From NCBI GenBank assembly GCA_937625935.1, contig OW569367.1:186001-250000 (forward strand): DNA of 64,000 nucleotides, written 5' to 3'. The notes under the pieces are model-generated. The model searched no databases, was not told the origin of the DNA, and was given only the letters and a program-made list of their open reading frames with translations. Position numbers and translations under genes: made by a program. The stretch is from Tetramitus jugosus (lineage: Eukaryota > Protista > Heterolobosea). This document shows, piece by piece, positions 1 through 11,712 of this stretch; position 1 is the stretch's first letter; every line of letters begins with the position of its first letter.

Positions 1-1302
1 TCTGACATAGGAGAGCAATTGTTCCACGAGCTCATACAGTTCGTGCCAGCTCTTTTCCAGCAGGATCTGCAACCTGGGAGAGAGCTGCTTCAGCACATAA
101 ATGCTGAGGAGAAGACCATGGAAATAGATTGCTGTTGTGAGATACATCAGGTTGTTAATGATCTCCTTTGGTATGTTGGCAAAACTAATCGTTCTCAAAT
201 AGAGTGTTATGAGTCTATAGTACATGTCTGGGTTTCTCTTGCGCAAGTGTGTGATCAGACCCAAGATATACAACAGTGTCCGCTCTCGGATATCTGATAT
301 TGCACTCAATTGCGAGAGTCTTTGTTTCAGAAATATATCTAGCAACAGAGAATAGTAAAGTACAAATGGTTTGACTTGGTGTTGGAACGCCTTGTGCAGT
401 CGTGCAGAAGCGACAAGTGCAGCCAACGAAAGAGCAGTGAACACCTTTAGAGAGATCTCAACACTGTTCAACACCAGTGTCATATAAAATGGTACAATCG
501 GTAAACTTCTCATCTTTGAAGCAATCAACTGTGATCGGTCCACTGCCTTAAAAGTTCCACTGTACAAATCTTCCTCCTCGGTCTCATTGTTGCCTCTTGT
601 TTTAGTGTCATCTTCGCCCTCTGACCGTTGAGAGGAAAAGAACGACGCCAAACTCAATAAGCTCTTCACCCAGTCCATTGCTATCGTTACCATACCATGG
701 CTATTTACATTCTTCTGTTTTTTCGCTTCTCCCTGCTTGCCACTCTTTTTCTCGTTACTTCCTTGTTCCTCTTCTTCCTGTTCGCTCTCATCTTGCTCCT
801 CCAAAATCATATAGATATCAATCATCGTATGAAAAATGCGTCGCAATATCTCTCGGATACGAAATCGTTTGACTCTTCGATGCAATTCCTTCAAGTGTGA
901 TGTCATGGCAATGGAATCTTCACTTGTGGGATCACTTAGCTTTTGAATCATATTGTGTTGTGCAAATGATCCAATAAACCGATGACTATCAGGAATGGTT
1001 CTATGCTGCCTCAACACCATATCATCGCTCTCATCGCTCCAAATCATCATGTTTTCATGGTTCTTCCTCGTGTTCTTGTCATGAGTTTGTCGTACTCGTT
1101 GTGAGGATACACTACCTGATGGGGTCGACACTGAACACGAAGAAGCAGAGAGCAGAGATTGTGATGATCCTGCCGTCGTCTGATGTCGAATGTTCAGATG
1201 ACCCATGAGGATGAGACACCTCCTGTGAGAGTTCTCCTGTGAGGAAGAAAAACAACATGACGGCATTCGTCTCTTCTTCTCTTCCAGATCTGCATGATAC
1301 AT
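1..1302 (-). CDS. Hypothetical protein, 3' end runs off the window (absent from the ORF track)
   Basis: Manual translation gives an unbroken frame from ATG at 1302 (MYHADLEEKRR...) to position 1, with an acidic patch and hydrophobic helices. No family recognised. Confidence 0.75.
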   Translation of the reverse strand, partial: MYHADLEEKKRRMPSCCFSSSQENSHRRCLILMGHLNIRHQTTAGSSQSLLSASSCSVSTPSGSVSSQRVRQTHDKNTRKNHENMMIWSDESDDMVLRQHRTIPDSHRFIGSFAQHNMIQKLSDPTSEDSIAMTSHLKELHRRVKRFRIREILRRIFHTMIDIYMILEEQDESEQEEEEQGSNEKKSGKQGEAKKQKNVNSHGMVTIAMDWVKSLLSLASFFSSQRSEGEDDTKTRGNNETEEEDLYSGTFKAVDRSQLIASKMRSLPIVPFYMTLVLNSVEISLKVFTALSLAALVASARLHKAFQHQVKPFVLYYSLLLDIFLKQRLSQLSAISDIRERTLLYILGLITHLRKRNPDMYYRLITLYLRTISFANIPKEIINNLMYLTTAIYFHGLLLSIYVLKQLSPRLQILLEKSWHELYELVEQLLSYVR

Positions 1303-1379
1303 GATGATTGATTTTGTTGTTTTTGTTTTTCGGATTTTTTATTTCCAAAATAATAATTTAGTTGTGTGCTCGTTTGTAT

Positions 1380-2513
1380 TTACAAATCCTTGAATTTGGC
1401 AAGTTCAGTTTTGCTTGGAATGTAGTAGTAGTTACTGGAGAGGCACTTTGAGAACTTCATCACATAGTCACTATGTCCATCCTCGGTCTTTCCAACCATT
1501 CTGTCAAGCATTCGATCAAAATGAGTGACATTGTTGGAATAAGCAATGAACAGAAGACCACTGTCTCCACCTACACTGCCATATGGCATACTCTGTCTAA
1601 CGATTGGTATTCTCTTGAAACCTTCGTCTCTCATACGACGAACATGGGAGGTAAGTGGCATCTCCTTCTCTGACAACTCTTCACTCCAGTCCTTCTTTCT
1701 TCCGATCCAACCCTCTTGTTCTCTCTGTCCTATATTCTTCAATCCCTGAAGATCGTGTTGCCAAACTTGGTGGATGAGGAAACTGCCACCAGTTTGAGGA
1801 ATAACTGCTGCTTCGACTCTTTCTTCCTTTGTGGTTGGATTCTCGGTTCCATCGATGAAACCAGACAAGTCTCTTCCATCTCTGAATTGCCATCCATATC
1901 TATCTTCTATTTTAACAATTGCTTCCTGTGGCAATGCATTGACAAATGCTTGCACCACTTCATAGCATTGAGATCTCGAGTCTGCCTTGACATGAAGAAC
2001 GAGATCAGTGCCTGCATCAGGCATAGATCCAAACTTGCCAACTCGTTTCTCATATGGACCCGTTCCCTTTGGCTCTTGTAAGTTGTACTGTGATGCAATT
2101 TGCTTCCAAAGACGTGTGTCAAATCCAACTGATGCCATCACAACTGGCAATGAATACTCGTCATCCTCGTCCTCTTTTCTATCTTCGCCAGCAATTTTTT
2201 TTGCAATAACCTCCAATTCAGCTGCAGTCTTCAGGACTCGTCTCAGAGTTTCAGCATCGTGTTTCAAGTGAATGGTTGCGACAACACATTGAGGATGATT
2301 TCCTGTCCAAACAGTTGGCTGCACCTTGTCCAGTAGTTTCTGGTCCAACACAGGCTCCTCGGCAAAGAACACTTGATCACTTGTTTTGTTCTGACGATTG
2401 AATAGCTTGGAGTTGCTATGATTGAGTGCTACATAGGCGCCAGATGCGACTGTGAGGGTAGCAGCAGAGTAGGATAAAAACTTGATTCCTCTGGGGTTGA
2501 ATAATCTGTTCAT
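1380..2513 (-). CDS. Dye-decolorizing (DyP-type) heme peroxidase, YfeX-like, with probable mitochondrial presequence and membrane anchor
   Basis: DLSGFIDGTENP (GxxDG motif), SHVRR (proximal His), IVRQSMPYG and GLLFIAY. The basic N-terminus MNRLFNPRGIKF is followed by a hydrophobic stretch. Confidence 0.9.
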   Translation of the reverse strand: MNRLFNPRGIKFLSYSAATLTVASGAYVALNHSNSKLFNRQNKTSDQVFFAEEPVLDQKLLDKVQPTVWTGNHPQCVVATIHLKHDAETLRRVLKTAAELEVIAKKIAGEDRKEDEDDEYSLPVVMASVGFDTRLWKQIASQYNLQEPKGTGPYEKRVGKFGSMPDAGTDLVLHVKADSRSQCYEVVQAFVNALPQEAIVKIEDRYGWQFRDGRDLSGFIDGTENPTTKEERVEAAVIPQTGGSFLIHQVWQHDLQGLKNIGQREQEGWIGRKKDWSEELSEKEMPLTSHVRRMRDEGFKRIPIVRQSMPYGSVGGDSGLLFIAYSNNVTHFDRMLDRMVGKTEDGHSDYVMKFSKCLSSNYYYIPSKTELAKFKDL

Positions 2514-2809
2514 TCTTGTTGTTGTGATGTGCTTTGTTGCTTGGATTTCTTTCTTTGTTCTCGCAGATCTTCTTTTTATCTCTTGTTATCCCCGGTTGTC
2601 TAGTCCGCTTGCGCACTTATAAATAAGCTTTTTGACTGATTGCGCAGAAAAGTGCATTCGGAATAAATCATTCGGACATTTGTAAGTTTTTTAGGCGCCA
2701 AAGAATTTCTCCTTTCTCCCAATCCAACTGCTCTGAAGATTCGAATCATACGAGAGAAAGCATGAATATCGGACAACAATCGTGATATCTCTATCAAAAA
2801 CAAATCGTC

Positions 2810-5200
2810 ATGAAGAGATCGTCATCACCATCGTGGATGGGCACTGTGCCCATCATTGTTTACAAAATTCTCGACGCCTACATTTACATGTGCATTGAAT
2901 ATGTGAAAACGTTTCTGCGTGAATGTGTGTTATTGTTGGGTCAATTGGTCCATCTCTTGACCAACATTCTTCTTCACGTGATTCACAAACCTGGTCACTA
3001 TGATGAGAATGTGAGCTACAAACCAAAGCACTTGCCCATTGTGATCACAACAACAACACCGACGAGTTCGACTGCCGTTGGTGTTGCATCGACAAGTGCG
3101 AGTGCAAACACACCGAAAACAACAACAGCATCTCCCATGAGTCATGATGCCAATCATCAACACACGAGTAGTAACAGCAGTCCGATATCTCCCGTCATGC
3201 AAAGAATTCGCTCATTGAGTCAGCTATCGTCTTCTCTCATGAGTCGCAGTTCAAGTTGTTTGAATCTGGGTATGATGAGCTCACCATTCACAAGGAGTCA
3301 ATGCATTAATACTAATACTGATAATAATAACAATAATACGTCTGCGGTGAACAAAAATCAAACATTGTCCATTCGGACAAGAGGAACACACTGTCGACAA
3401 ATCAGTGCACCGACAGTGTTGAACGAGTTTTCAGAGACAACATCAAATAATGGTTTATCACCATCTACCTTCAGGAGGGAAACAACAAAAGATCGATTCA
3501 ATCAAATTTTGGAGCAAGCCGTCTCAATGTCAATGGATAATGACTCGTTGCAGAACACGCAAGAACAGGAATCAGGAGGAGAAACAAATAAGATTAAAAT
3601 TACGATAGATGACTCAAATATAGCGACGGCCGTTGAGGAGGCCTCAGAGAGTAATGAAAGCGATTTCATTGAGAATGAAAGTGACAATTTTGATGAGGAG
3701 GACAATGACGATGATAGTATCTCGATTGATACCTCGGAAAACTCACCGACGATACTGGTTCGATTATTTCGACTATTCCTTTCGATTGTCATGTGGTTCT
3801 CAATGCTGGTTTGGTATATTCCTTCATTGTTTGTTCCCTCGCGTAATCACTCATTTGTGTCTAATGATCGAGTGTATTCACATGAGAAGAAATCTACAGG
3901 ATTGTTGGAGGATTTCTTCATTGCTACGCTGGACTTTACGGACGCAATTGCATGTGCACTGCGATTGCTTATTCGATTTCAGTATGGAAAATGTTGGGAG
4001 CAGATAAAGTATGCATTCGGTTTGTTCCGGCCTGCCTCCTTTATCAGCACTGAGGGCATTGATGATCGGAGCGTGGGTCAGGTCATTATTGATGAAGGAT
4101 TTCCTCATGCTTCATATCCATGTGAAACACAAGATGGATACATTCTCCAGCTCGATCGTATCCCAAATAAGAAGGCTCGTAAGGCAGTGTACTTTCAACA
4201 TGGCATCTTAGACTCTGGATTTGCTTGGGTGGGAAACGGTGTCACTCATTCATTAGCTTTGCGAGCATACGATATGAAGGATGTAGATGTCTACTTGGGC
4301 AATTTCAGAGGATATGGACTCTCTGCTTATCATTTAAAAACCACCGAGGCCTTCAAGAAGAAGGATTATTGGGACTATAGCTTTAACGAGCATGCTTTTT
4401 ATGATGTACGGGCATTTATCGAGACCATTAAATCAATCAAGAAGCAAGAGCTCGGAGATGAAGATTTTAGTATAACTGTTGTGGCTCATTCAATGGGTGC
4501 AGGAACAGTTCTCGCTTACTTGACTCACTCCAAACTGAGCAATCAACCCCACCATCTCTCAAAGGCCATACTGCTTGCTCCAGCGGGCAATCACAACAAA
4601 ATCCCAAGAATATTGAACATTTTATCAAGAGGAGTGCCCTTGGCGAAGCTATTTCTATCTTACTTTGGATTTACGACGAGAACAAACAAGATCCTAGTGG
4701 CAAAACTTGTTCAAGATTTGAACAACCATCCTGCTCTTCGATCTCTGCTCGCTGTGCTTGTTTCCAAATTTATCATCGGTGGACAATCAAGCAACTCTCC
4801 ATTCCAATATGTTCATAATTTAGTCTACCATATATTCCAGGGCACATCAGTCAATGTTGTTCAACACTTTATTCAGATGGTTCGCACAGGCAGATTCCAA
4901 GCATACGACTATGGTAACTCAAAAGAAAATATGAGACATTATGGACAACCAAAGCCCTGGGTATTTCTGGATCACTATCACCAAATAGACCCAATGATTC
5001 CAGTTCATATTGTGTATGGGGATGACGACAAAGTGATACCAAGCGATAATGTCCTTAAACATGCAAGAGAGCTCCTCAAATCTCACGATCCTGACAAAGT
5101 GCGAATCAAAAAATTCACAAACTGTGGCCACTTGGAACTAACATTCGGGTGTGATGTAAGAATTATCAACTATGTTCTGAATTCCATTGGAGGAAACTAG
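2810..5200 (+). CDS. Acid/gastric-type alpha/beta-hydrolase lipase with long low-complexity N-terminus
   Basis: TQDGYILQLDRI, FQHGILDSG, DVYLGNFRG, YWDYSFNEHAFYD, AHSMG nucleophile elbow, GDDDKV and C-terminal GHLE. Confidence 0.88.
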   Translation: MKRSSSPSWMGTVPIIVYKILDAYIYMCIEYVKTFLRECVLLLGQLVHLLTNILLHVIHKPGHYDENVSYKPKHLPIVITTTTPTSSTAVGVASTSASANTPKTTTASPMSHDANHQHTSSNSSPISPVMQRIRSLSQLSSSLMSRSSSCLNLGMMSSPFTRSQCINTNTDNNNNNTSAVNKNQTLSIRTRGTHCRQISAPTVLNEFSETTSNNGLSPSTFRRETTKDRFNQILEQAVSMSMDNDSLQNTQEQESGGETNKIKITIDDSNIATAVEEASESNESDFIENESDNFDEEDNDDDSISIDTSENSPTILVRLFRLFLSIVMWFSMLVWYIPSLFVPSRNHSFVSNDRVYSHEKKSTGLLEDFFIATLDFTDAIACALRLLIRFQYGKCWEQIKYAFGLFRPASFISTEGIDDRSVGQVIIDEGFPHASYPCETQDGYILQLDRIPNKKARKAVYFQHGILDSGFAWVGNGVTHSLALRAYDMKDVDVYLGNFRGYGLSAYHLKTTEAFKKKDYWDYSFNEHAFYDVRAFIETIKSIKKQELGDEDFSITVVAHSMGAGTVLAYLTHSKLSNQPHHLSKAILLAPAGNHNKIPRILNILSRGVPLAKLFLSYFGFTTRTNKILVAKLVQDLNNHPALRSLLAVLVSKFIIGGQSSNSPFQYVHNLVYHIFQGTSVNVVQHFIQMVRTGRFQAYDYGNSKENMRHYGQPKPWVFLDHYHQIDPMIPVHIVYGDDDKVIPSDNVLKHARELLKSHDPDKVRIKKFTNCGHLELTFGCDVRIINYVLNSIGGN

Positions 5201-5431
5201 TTAACATTCAAGTGTACAAACCAAATACAAGCCCCTATTTATTCTTGATTGTATTTATTTCTCCGATATTTGTTTCACACAGTGAACCTTCAACAAGTTT
5301 CTTGTGTGTTGCACACTCTCCGTTTCTTGCTTCTGAAAAAATGCGTTTTCTGTGCTCGCCAATCCCCGACATTCAAAAATCAATCCAACACAACAACAAC
5401 AACAACGACAACAACAAAACTTTAACACAAT

Positions 5432-6115
5432 ATGAGGATTAATGAATGTTACATGTGCGGGTGTCCAGTCTACCCCGGACATGGCTCCACTTTTGTCAGA
5501 AATGACTCAAAGGTACCTACCTACTCATCCTTTTTTTACTTTTACTTTGTTTTTTTTTGATACACATGTGAGAAGAACCAACACATGCTAACGTGCTCAT
5601 CTCTTTCTCTACTATTACTATAGATTTTTAGGTATTGCTCCAAAAAGTGTAGAAATCTGTTCAGAAAGAAGGTCAATCCAAGAAGACTGAAATGGAGCAA
5701 GCACTTTAGACGTGCACACGGCAGAGAACTCAACATTGACTCTACCTTTGACTTTGAGAAGCAAAGAAACACTCCAATCAAATACGACAGAGAGCTATAT
5801 TCTGCCACTATCCATGCCATGAAACGAGTGTCTGAAATTCAACAACATAGACAACGTGAATTCTACTTTAAGAGAATGACTGTAAGCTTGAAGAATAGAA
5901 AGATGATGATTAGAAGAAACTTGAAGAAGAATTTGGATTTGGTTGTCGCGCCTGTTGCAAAGGACAGAGCTGCCATCGAAGCAAGATTGGAAGCTGCAGC
6001 AATGGAGAATGTCGATGGACAAAAGATACAGAACCAAACTGCCTCTGTTACGTCAAAGAAGAGAAGAAAGAGCAATGGAGATTCCATGGAGGATGTCACT
6101 GTCGATTCGAATTAA
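5432..6115 (+). CDS. RLP24: Ribosome biogenesis protein RLP24 (L24e family); exons 5432-5512 and 5624-6115
   Basis: Spliced translation [27 protein letters not shown]|IFRYCSKKC...[12 protein letters not shown]...[24 protein letters not shown] intron 5513-5623 with a gctaac branch site. Confidence 0.92.
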
Positions 6116-6285
6116 ATCACCACATTTTTTTACAAATCCATTTTACGAAGCGAACGTTTGCTTTTGTGTGTTGCCTTCTTGTTGCTACAGCATTGCTTTT
6201 TCATTCAAAAAAATGAACAATTGCCAGCAGTGTGTCTTGTCAGAAGACGTAAAAAAACCCTTCAAAATTGCTAGATGAATGATGA

Positions 6286-6664
6286 TTAGTTGCCGTTGGT
6301 GTTGTCAGTGCTTGCAGCAATTGTTGCTGGTGCAGGACCACATGGCTCAATCATTTTCTCAATAAAGTTGTATCTGGTGCGAGCAATGGTTTCATTCTCA
6401 GCAATTGCAAACAAACAAAGTGTTGGATAGTGGCCAATGTAGGACGCATAGCTATCTCTGTGTTGATTCACTGCCCATTCGCTACAATCATACAAAGATG
6501 AAAAAAGAGGTGCCGTTAGTCATGTGTAAAACAAACAGATTACAAATGTGCGAATGATAGTCAACATACAATTTTGAAAGATCAGCATGACCAGTACCCA
6601 CATATTTCGCTTGCAAGTGCTCCACTTGACTATTGATATTGTGTCTCTCGGTTGATGATGACAT
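6286..6664 (-). CDS. SF3B5: Splicing factor 3B subunit 5 (one intron)
   Basis: NINSQVEHLQAKYVGTGHAD plus EWAVNQHRDSYASYIGH...PCGP, split across two ORFs by an intron. Confidence 0.93.
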
Positions 6665-6823
6665 TTTTTCTTCGAGCAAAAAGTGGATGTGTGAGAGGAG
6701 TTTTTATGATGAAGGATCAATTGTCCGGTTGAATTTGTTGTCGGCCGACCGTTCATTCCTCCTTTGGATATTTACTTGTACAGTGTCGTTACATGTCCAA
6801 CAACAGTATAACAAATCAGAGGA

Positions 6824-8365
6824 ATGAGCTCGAGTAGTAATAGATCTTTGTCGATAGATGTGAGCTGTGAGGAACCTGTTGTCAAGAGACGGGTGAGCTT
6901 GAGAACACAAGCGTTGATGTGCCACAACAGACTCCAGGTTGAAATGTCTCCGAAGACAGACAAGAACATTGATATTGAAAATATAACAGAGGAAGAGATT
7001 GAGGCAGTGGTCATTGATCAGCTATTGACGCTCCGTCGAGGTCGTTTCATCACAGATATGAACAATAAGCAGATATATTCTTTGGCACAGCACATCATTG
7101 AGAACAGGAAGGATGAAATGCGAACGCTCGGTTCGACAATAGATGACTCATCGATGGAGACAATCATCATCAACGACGATAGTTTGATTGAGAATGGCGA
7201 ATTTGAATCAATAAGAAAATCTGAATACAATGTTATTCTTATTCATTCAATCATAAAGAACGAACTCCGAAAGAGGGCTTATCGATCACCAATTAAGAAT
7301 CACCTTAAGATGCTTCCAGAAAAATTCAAGTTGAGTGCAGGGGCTGATGAGCCAATGGTTCTTTCTGAACAATCCATCAACTATAAGGCTTCAAAGTTCT
7401 CAATCACCTTCAACAACTCAAAGTGGTGTACTGTTGATTGTTGCTCAACTAGTGGGGAAAGAAATAACATGGAGGACAGGTCTGTTGCTTTAGATGATCT
7501 AACTTCGATATTTGGTTTTGAACTGAAAGATACCCACCATGATGAATCTAACTTGACCTTCTTCGGAATATACGACGGACATGGTGGAAACACTTCTTCA
7601 GAGTACGCCAGAACTCATTTACATGCATATTTTATGCGCTCACTGCAACAGAGTATCAGAACAGAAACCTTTTTGGATTTTGAAGATCAAGTACTACTTG
7701 TGAAACAAGCTCTCGCTAGCTCCTTTTCAGAAACAGATAATCAATTTCTCTCTCTAGCGGAAGAGCTAGATTTGAGTTGTGGAACAACGGCTCTTGTAGC
7801 ATTGTTACTAGATCCTTCTATCAACCACAGCAAAAGCTCAGTTCAAGTCCGAAAGCTCATCGTGGCCAATGCCGGGGACTCCCAATGTGTTGTGAGTGTA
7901 CAGGGTAGTGCGATACCAATTAATAGAATACATAGACCAGATGAACCTTCAGAAAAGATTCGTATACAAGAGGCAGGCGGTAAAGTTTTCCACTGGTACG
8001 GTCAAGCGAGAGTCAATGGAATACTGGGTGTTAGCAGAGCTATTGGTGATCGGAAATACAAAGATTTAATAATCAACACACCAGATATTTACGAGTTCGA
8101 CTTGGAGGAGGGACTGAGCGAGTTTGTGATTATGGCTTCTGATGGCTTGTGGGATGTAGTGACACCTCAGGAAGCTGTAGATTTTGTTCATGACAAACGA
8201 AAAGGATCAGAACAGATTATTACCAGTCGAGAACTAGCAAAGAAATTAGTCGATTTAGCGATGCAAAGGAATAGCAAAGACAATGTGTCAGTCATTCTTC
8301 TAATGTTCAAACCGTTCTTACTTGAGCTCTCTGAAGAAGTCCTGAGTAGTCCATTCTTAGAATAA
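6824..8365 (+). CDS. Protein phosphatase 2C (PPM family)
   Basis: RNNMED, FFGIYDGHGG, GTTA, VANAGDS, LGVSRAIGD, ASDGLWDV and SKDNVSV. Confidence 0.93.
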   Translation: MSSSSNRSLSIDVSCEEPVVKRRVSLRTQALMCHNRLQVEMSPKTDKNIDIENITEEEIEAVVIDQLLTLRRGRFITDMNNKQIYSLAQHIIENRKDEMRTLGSTIDDSSMETIIINDDSLIENGEFESIRKSEYNVILIHSIIKNELRKRAYRSPIKNHLKMLPEKFKLSAGADEPMVLSEQSINYKASKFSITFNNSKWCTVDCCSTSGERNNMEDRSVALDDLTSIFGFELKDTHHDESNLTFFGIYDGHGGNTSSEYARTHLHAYFMRSLQQSIRTETFLDFEDQVLLVKQALASSFSETDNQFLSLAEELDLSCGTTALVALLLDPSINHSKSSVQVRKLIVANAGDSQCVVSVQGSAIPINRIHRPDEPSEKIRIQEAGGKVFHWYGQARVNGILGVSRAIGDRKYKDLIINTPDIYEFDLEEGLSEFVIMASDGLWDVVTPQEAVDFVHDKRKGSEQIITSRELAKKLVDLAMQRNSKDNVSVILLMFKPFLLELSEEVLSSPFLE

Positions 8366-8406
8366 AACTCAAAAAGTGTTCCACAATTTTCTTCCCGCCA
8401 TTCAAA

Positions 8407-9723
8407 ATGCATTCAAAAAGAAGACCTCCTCAGGTGACCCAAAAGCATTTTGACTATAGCTGTCTCGAGGAAATCGAAAGTATTGGACTGGCTGAACACT
8501 TGGCACTCGAGAGAAAAAGGAATGATGAGAAACAGAGGGAAAAGCAACGAGAAAAGATGATGAATGCACGAACAGATGAGTCATCGATGCCAGTCGTCCC
8601 ATTTCTCATGGGAAGAACAATGATCAATGTAATTGAGAGAACAGACAACTCCACTGGTAGTAGCAAGTCAAGCGGTGAACACTTCTCTATTCTCTCTTAT
8701 AACATGTTGTGTCAAATGTATGCCAAGAGAAGGAATTTTCCAGGTATTGATCCGAGTTTTCTCGATTGGAAGTTTAGAAGACATTTGTTGTGGGCAGAGT
8801 TTATGTGCTACGGTGCTGATGTGATATGTTTGCAGGAAATGGATCGATATGAAGAGCATTGGCGCAAACAATTTACAAAAATGCGGTACAGCTCAGTGTA
8901 TAAGAGAAGAACGAGGAGCAAGAGTGATGGATGTGCCGTGTTTTGGCGCGATTCAGTGTTCTCTCTTGTAGAGAGTGACTCTGTGGAGTTTAATGATTTG
9001 GCTGTGTTCAGCAATATGAACAGGGTGGATGAGCAGAGAGCAACAGACAACGTGGCAATTATGGTTGTTTTGAGGCATAAAGCTACTAATCGATTGCTAA
9101 TTGTAGTTAATGTTCATTTGTTTTGGGATCCTAGTTTCCCTGAGATTAAGTTGGAACAATGCTTTTATTTATTACAAAAGTTGCATGAGTACCGATACTC
9201 GATTCAGAACAAACTTATGATCGATGGAGAGGAGATTCCATTTGTTTTATGTGGAGATTTTAACAGTCTGCCTGACTCAGAGGTGTATGAGTTGTTATCC
9301 AAGGGAGACTCTAGCATTGAAAGAACAGAAATTAAGATGAAGGGCTCCCTACGACACATATCAGCATTCCCAGGAATGGCTAAGAAACAAGATGAAGCAA
9401 GCGATTACTGTTGCCCATTCACGAGTAAACGTGTCAAAGTGGATGAATCACCATACAGAGAAAGGATTCACTTTCAACATGATTTAAGAATGCGGAGTGC
9501 GTACTCACTGGCAGATGATACGGGAAAAGAGCCTCCATTTACAAACTACACTGAAAATTTTGTAGGTTGTCTCGATTACATCTGGGTGAGTGATCAATTG
9601 GACACAGACTCTGTATTGCAACTTATTAACGAACAAGATGCTTTGCAGTACGGCTCTCTCCCATCTAAAACCTACCCCTCTGACCACGTATCACTCTTCA
9701 TTAAAGTGACAATCAAGGAATAA
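8407..9723 (+). CDS. CCR4/Angel/nocturnin-family EEP nuclease/phosphatase
   Basis: LSYNML, DVICLQE, DGCAVF, NVHLFWDP, CGDFNS, EPPFTNYT, LDYIW and PSDH. Confidence 0.9.
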   Translation: MHSKRRPPQVTQKHFDYSCLEEIESIGLAEHLALERKRNDEKQREKQREKMMNARTDESSMPVVPFLMGRTMINVIERTDNSTGSSKSSGEHFSILSYNMLCQMYAKRRNFPGIDPSFLDWKFRRHLLWAEFMCYGADVICLQEMDRYEEHWRKQFTKMRYSSVYKRRTRSKSDGCAVFWRDSVFSLVESDSVEFNDLAVFSNMNRVDEQRATDNVAIMVVLRHKATNRLLIVVNVHLFWDPSFPEIKLEQCFYLLQKLHEYRYSIQNKLMIDGEEIPFVLCGDFNSLPDSEVYELLSKGDSSIERTEIKMKGSLRHISAFPGMAKKQDEASDYCCPFTSKRVKVDESPYRERIHFQHDLRMRSAYSLADDTGKEPPFTNYTENFVGCLDYIWVSDQLDTDSVLQLINEQDALQYGSLPSKTYPSDHVSLFIKVTIKE

Positions 9724-9985
9724 AGCTTAGTCCTTCGTCAAACATCAAACCAAGCTTCCACTTGATTTCATTCGGATCTGAATACAGATCGGTGCCGCAC
9801 ACGGAAGATTTTGTATTGCTGTGGATTTTCGCGCCTTTGTGAGCACGTGTCCAGCAGCGTCACACGGGGCAGCTGGAGGTTTCCAAACGACCAAGGAAAT
9901 TTTTCTTCCTGGAGACTCCCTCAAATCAAACACCACAACACAATAGAAAACACAAACACACACTTGCTGAAAAACAGTCGCCATC

Positions 9986-11500
9986 ATGTCATCCGTCGTC
10001 CCAAAGCTCGTTGGTAATGTATCCCTCTCAGAGGCTGATCCTGAATTGTACAAGATGATCGAACACGAGAAGAGAAGACAATTCAGAGGATTGGAACTCA
10101 TTGCTTCAGAAGTATGTCATCTCTTTTCACACGACGAGTTTTTTTCACACGACTTGTTTTTTGTCAGTTGTTGTTAACACACACAATCTTTTTCTTCTGA
10201 TGATGATGATGATGATGATGGTGCTTTTTTACATGCATAGAACTTTACGAGTCAAGCCGTTTTTGAGTGCTTGGGCAGTTGTTTGACCAACAAGTACAGT
10301 GAAGGTCTCGTAGGTGCTAGATACTATGGTGGTAATGAAGTCATTGATCAAATTGAACAATTGTGCAAGGATCGTTGTTTGAATGCCTTCCGTTTGAACA
10401 AGGACGAATGGGACGTCAACGTTCAACCATACTCTGGTAGTGTTGCCAATTTTGCTGCTTATACTGGTATGTTGAAGCCTCATGACAGAATTATGGGTCT
10501 CGATTTGCCAAGTGGTGGTCACTTGTCTCACGGTTACTACACTGCAAAGAAGAAGATTTCTGCCACTAGCATCTTCTTTGAGTCCTTCCCATACAAGGTC
10601 AACAGTGAAGGTTTCATTGATTATGATGAGATGGAGAAGATTGCACTCGTGTACAAGCCTGCTTTGATCATTGCTGGTGCTAGTGCCTATCCAAGAGATT
10701 GGGACTATGCCAGAATGAGAAAGATTGCCAATGCTTGTGGTGCTCTTTTGATGTGTGATATGGCTCATTACAGTGGTTTGGTTGCTGCACAGGAGCACGC
10801 TGATCCATTCGAGTTTTGTGATGTTGTCACCACGACTACTCACAAGTCATTGAGAGGTCCAAGAGCCGGTCTCATCTTCTCCACCAAGAAGAACAAGTTG
10901 AATGAAGCAATTGACTTTGCAGTGTTCCCTGGTTGCCAAGGTGGCCCACACAACAACCAAATTGCTGCTATCGCTACTCAAATGCGTCAAGTCGCCACTC
11001 CAGAATTCAAGGTGTACATTCAACAAGTCAAGAAGAACATTAAGGCACTCGCCAACTCACTTGTTAACAATGGATACTCATTGGCAACTGGTGGTACTGA
11101 CAATCATTTGATTTTGTGGAATTTGCGCCCTCAAAAGATTACTGGCTCAAAGATGGAAAAGTTTTTCGATGTTGTTCACATTACTGTGAACAAGAATTCT
11201 ATTGCTGGTGATCAAAGCGCCCTTTCACCAAACGGAATTCGTATTGGTGCACCTGCCATGACATCCAGAGGATTGGAGGAGGCTGATTTCGAGCAAATTG
11301 GTCAATTCTTGCACAGAGGTGTTCAAATTGCTCTCAGACTTCAAGCTCAAGCAGTATCTCCAAAGTTGGTAGACTTTTTGGACTTATTGGCAGAAGACAA
11401 GTTGGATGATGAGACCAAGCAATTGAGAGCTGATGTCGAGCAATTCTCAACCAAGTTTGGCATTCCAGGCTTTGATGCAGAGGCAATCCACGACGAATAA
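9986..11500 (+). CDS. SHMT: Serine hydroxymethyltransferase (intron 10112-10240)
   Basis: LELIASE|[36 protein letters not shown] and FPGCQGGPH. No obvious presequence, so probably cytosolic. Confidence 0.96.
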
Positions 11501-11712
11501 ACAATTCTTCGAGTTAGTAAGTAGTTCTCATTTATGGGTTATTCGTGTTACCAATCATATCCCACGATTGATGTAATTCATAAATATACAATCCATTCCA
11601 TCGTTTGAGCAGGTTGACCGTTTGTTTACAGAATGCAGAAAGCAACATAAATAAAATTACCATTAGGTTGTCCTCTCAAATTTCTTGAACATTGACATGC
11701 ATGTCAAGTCTT

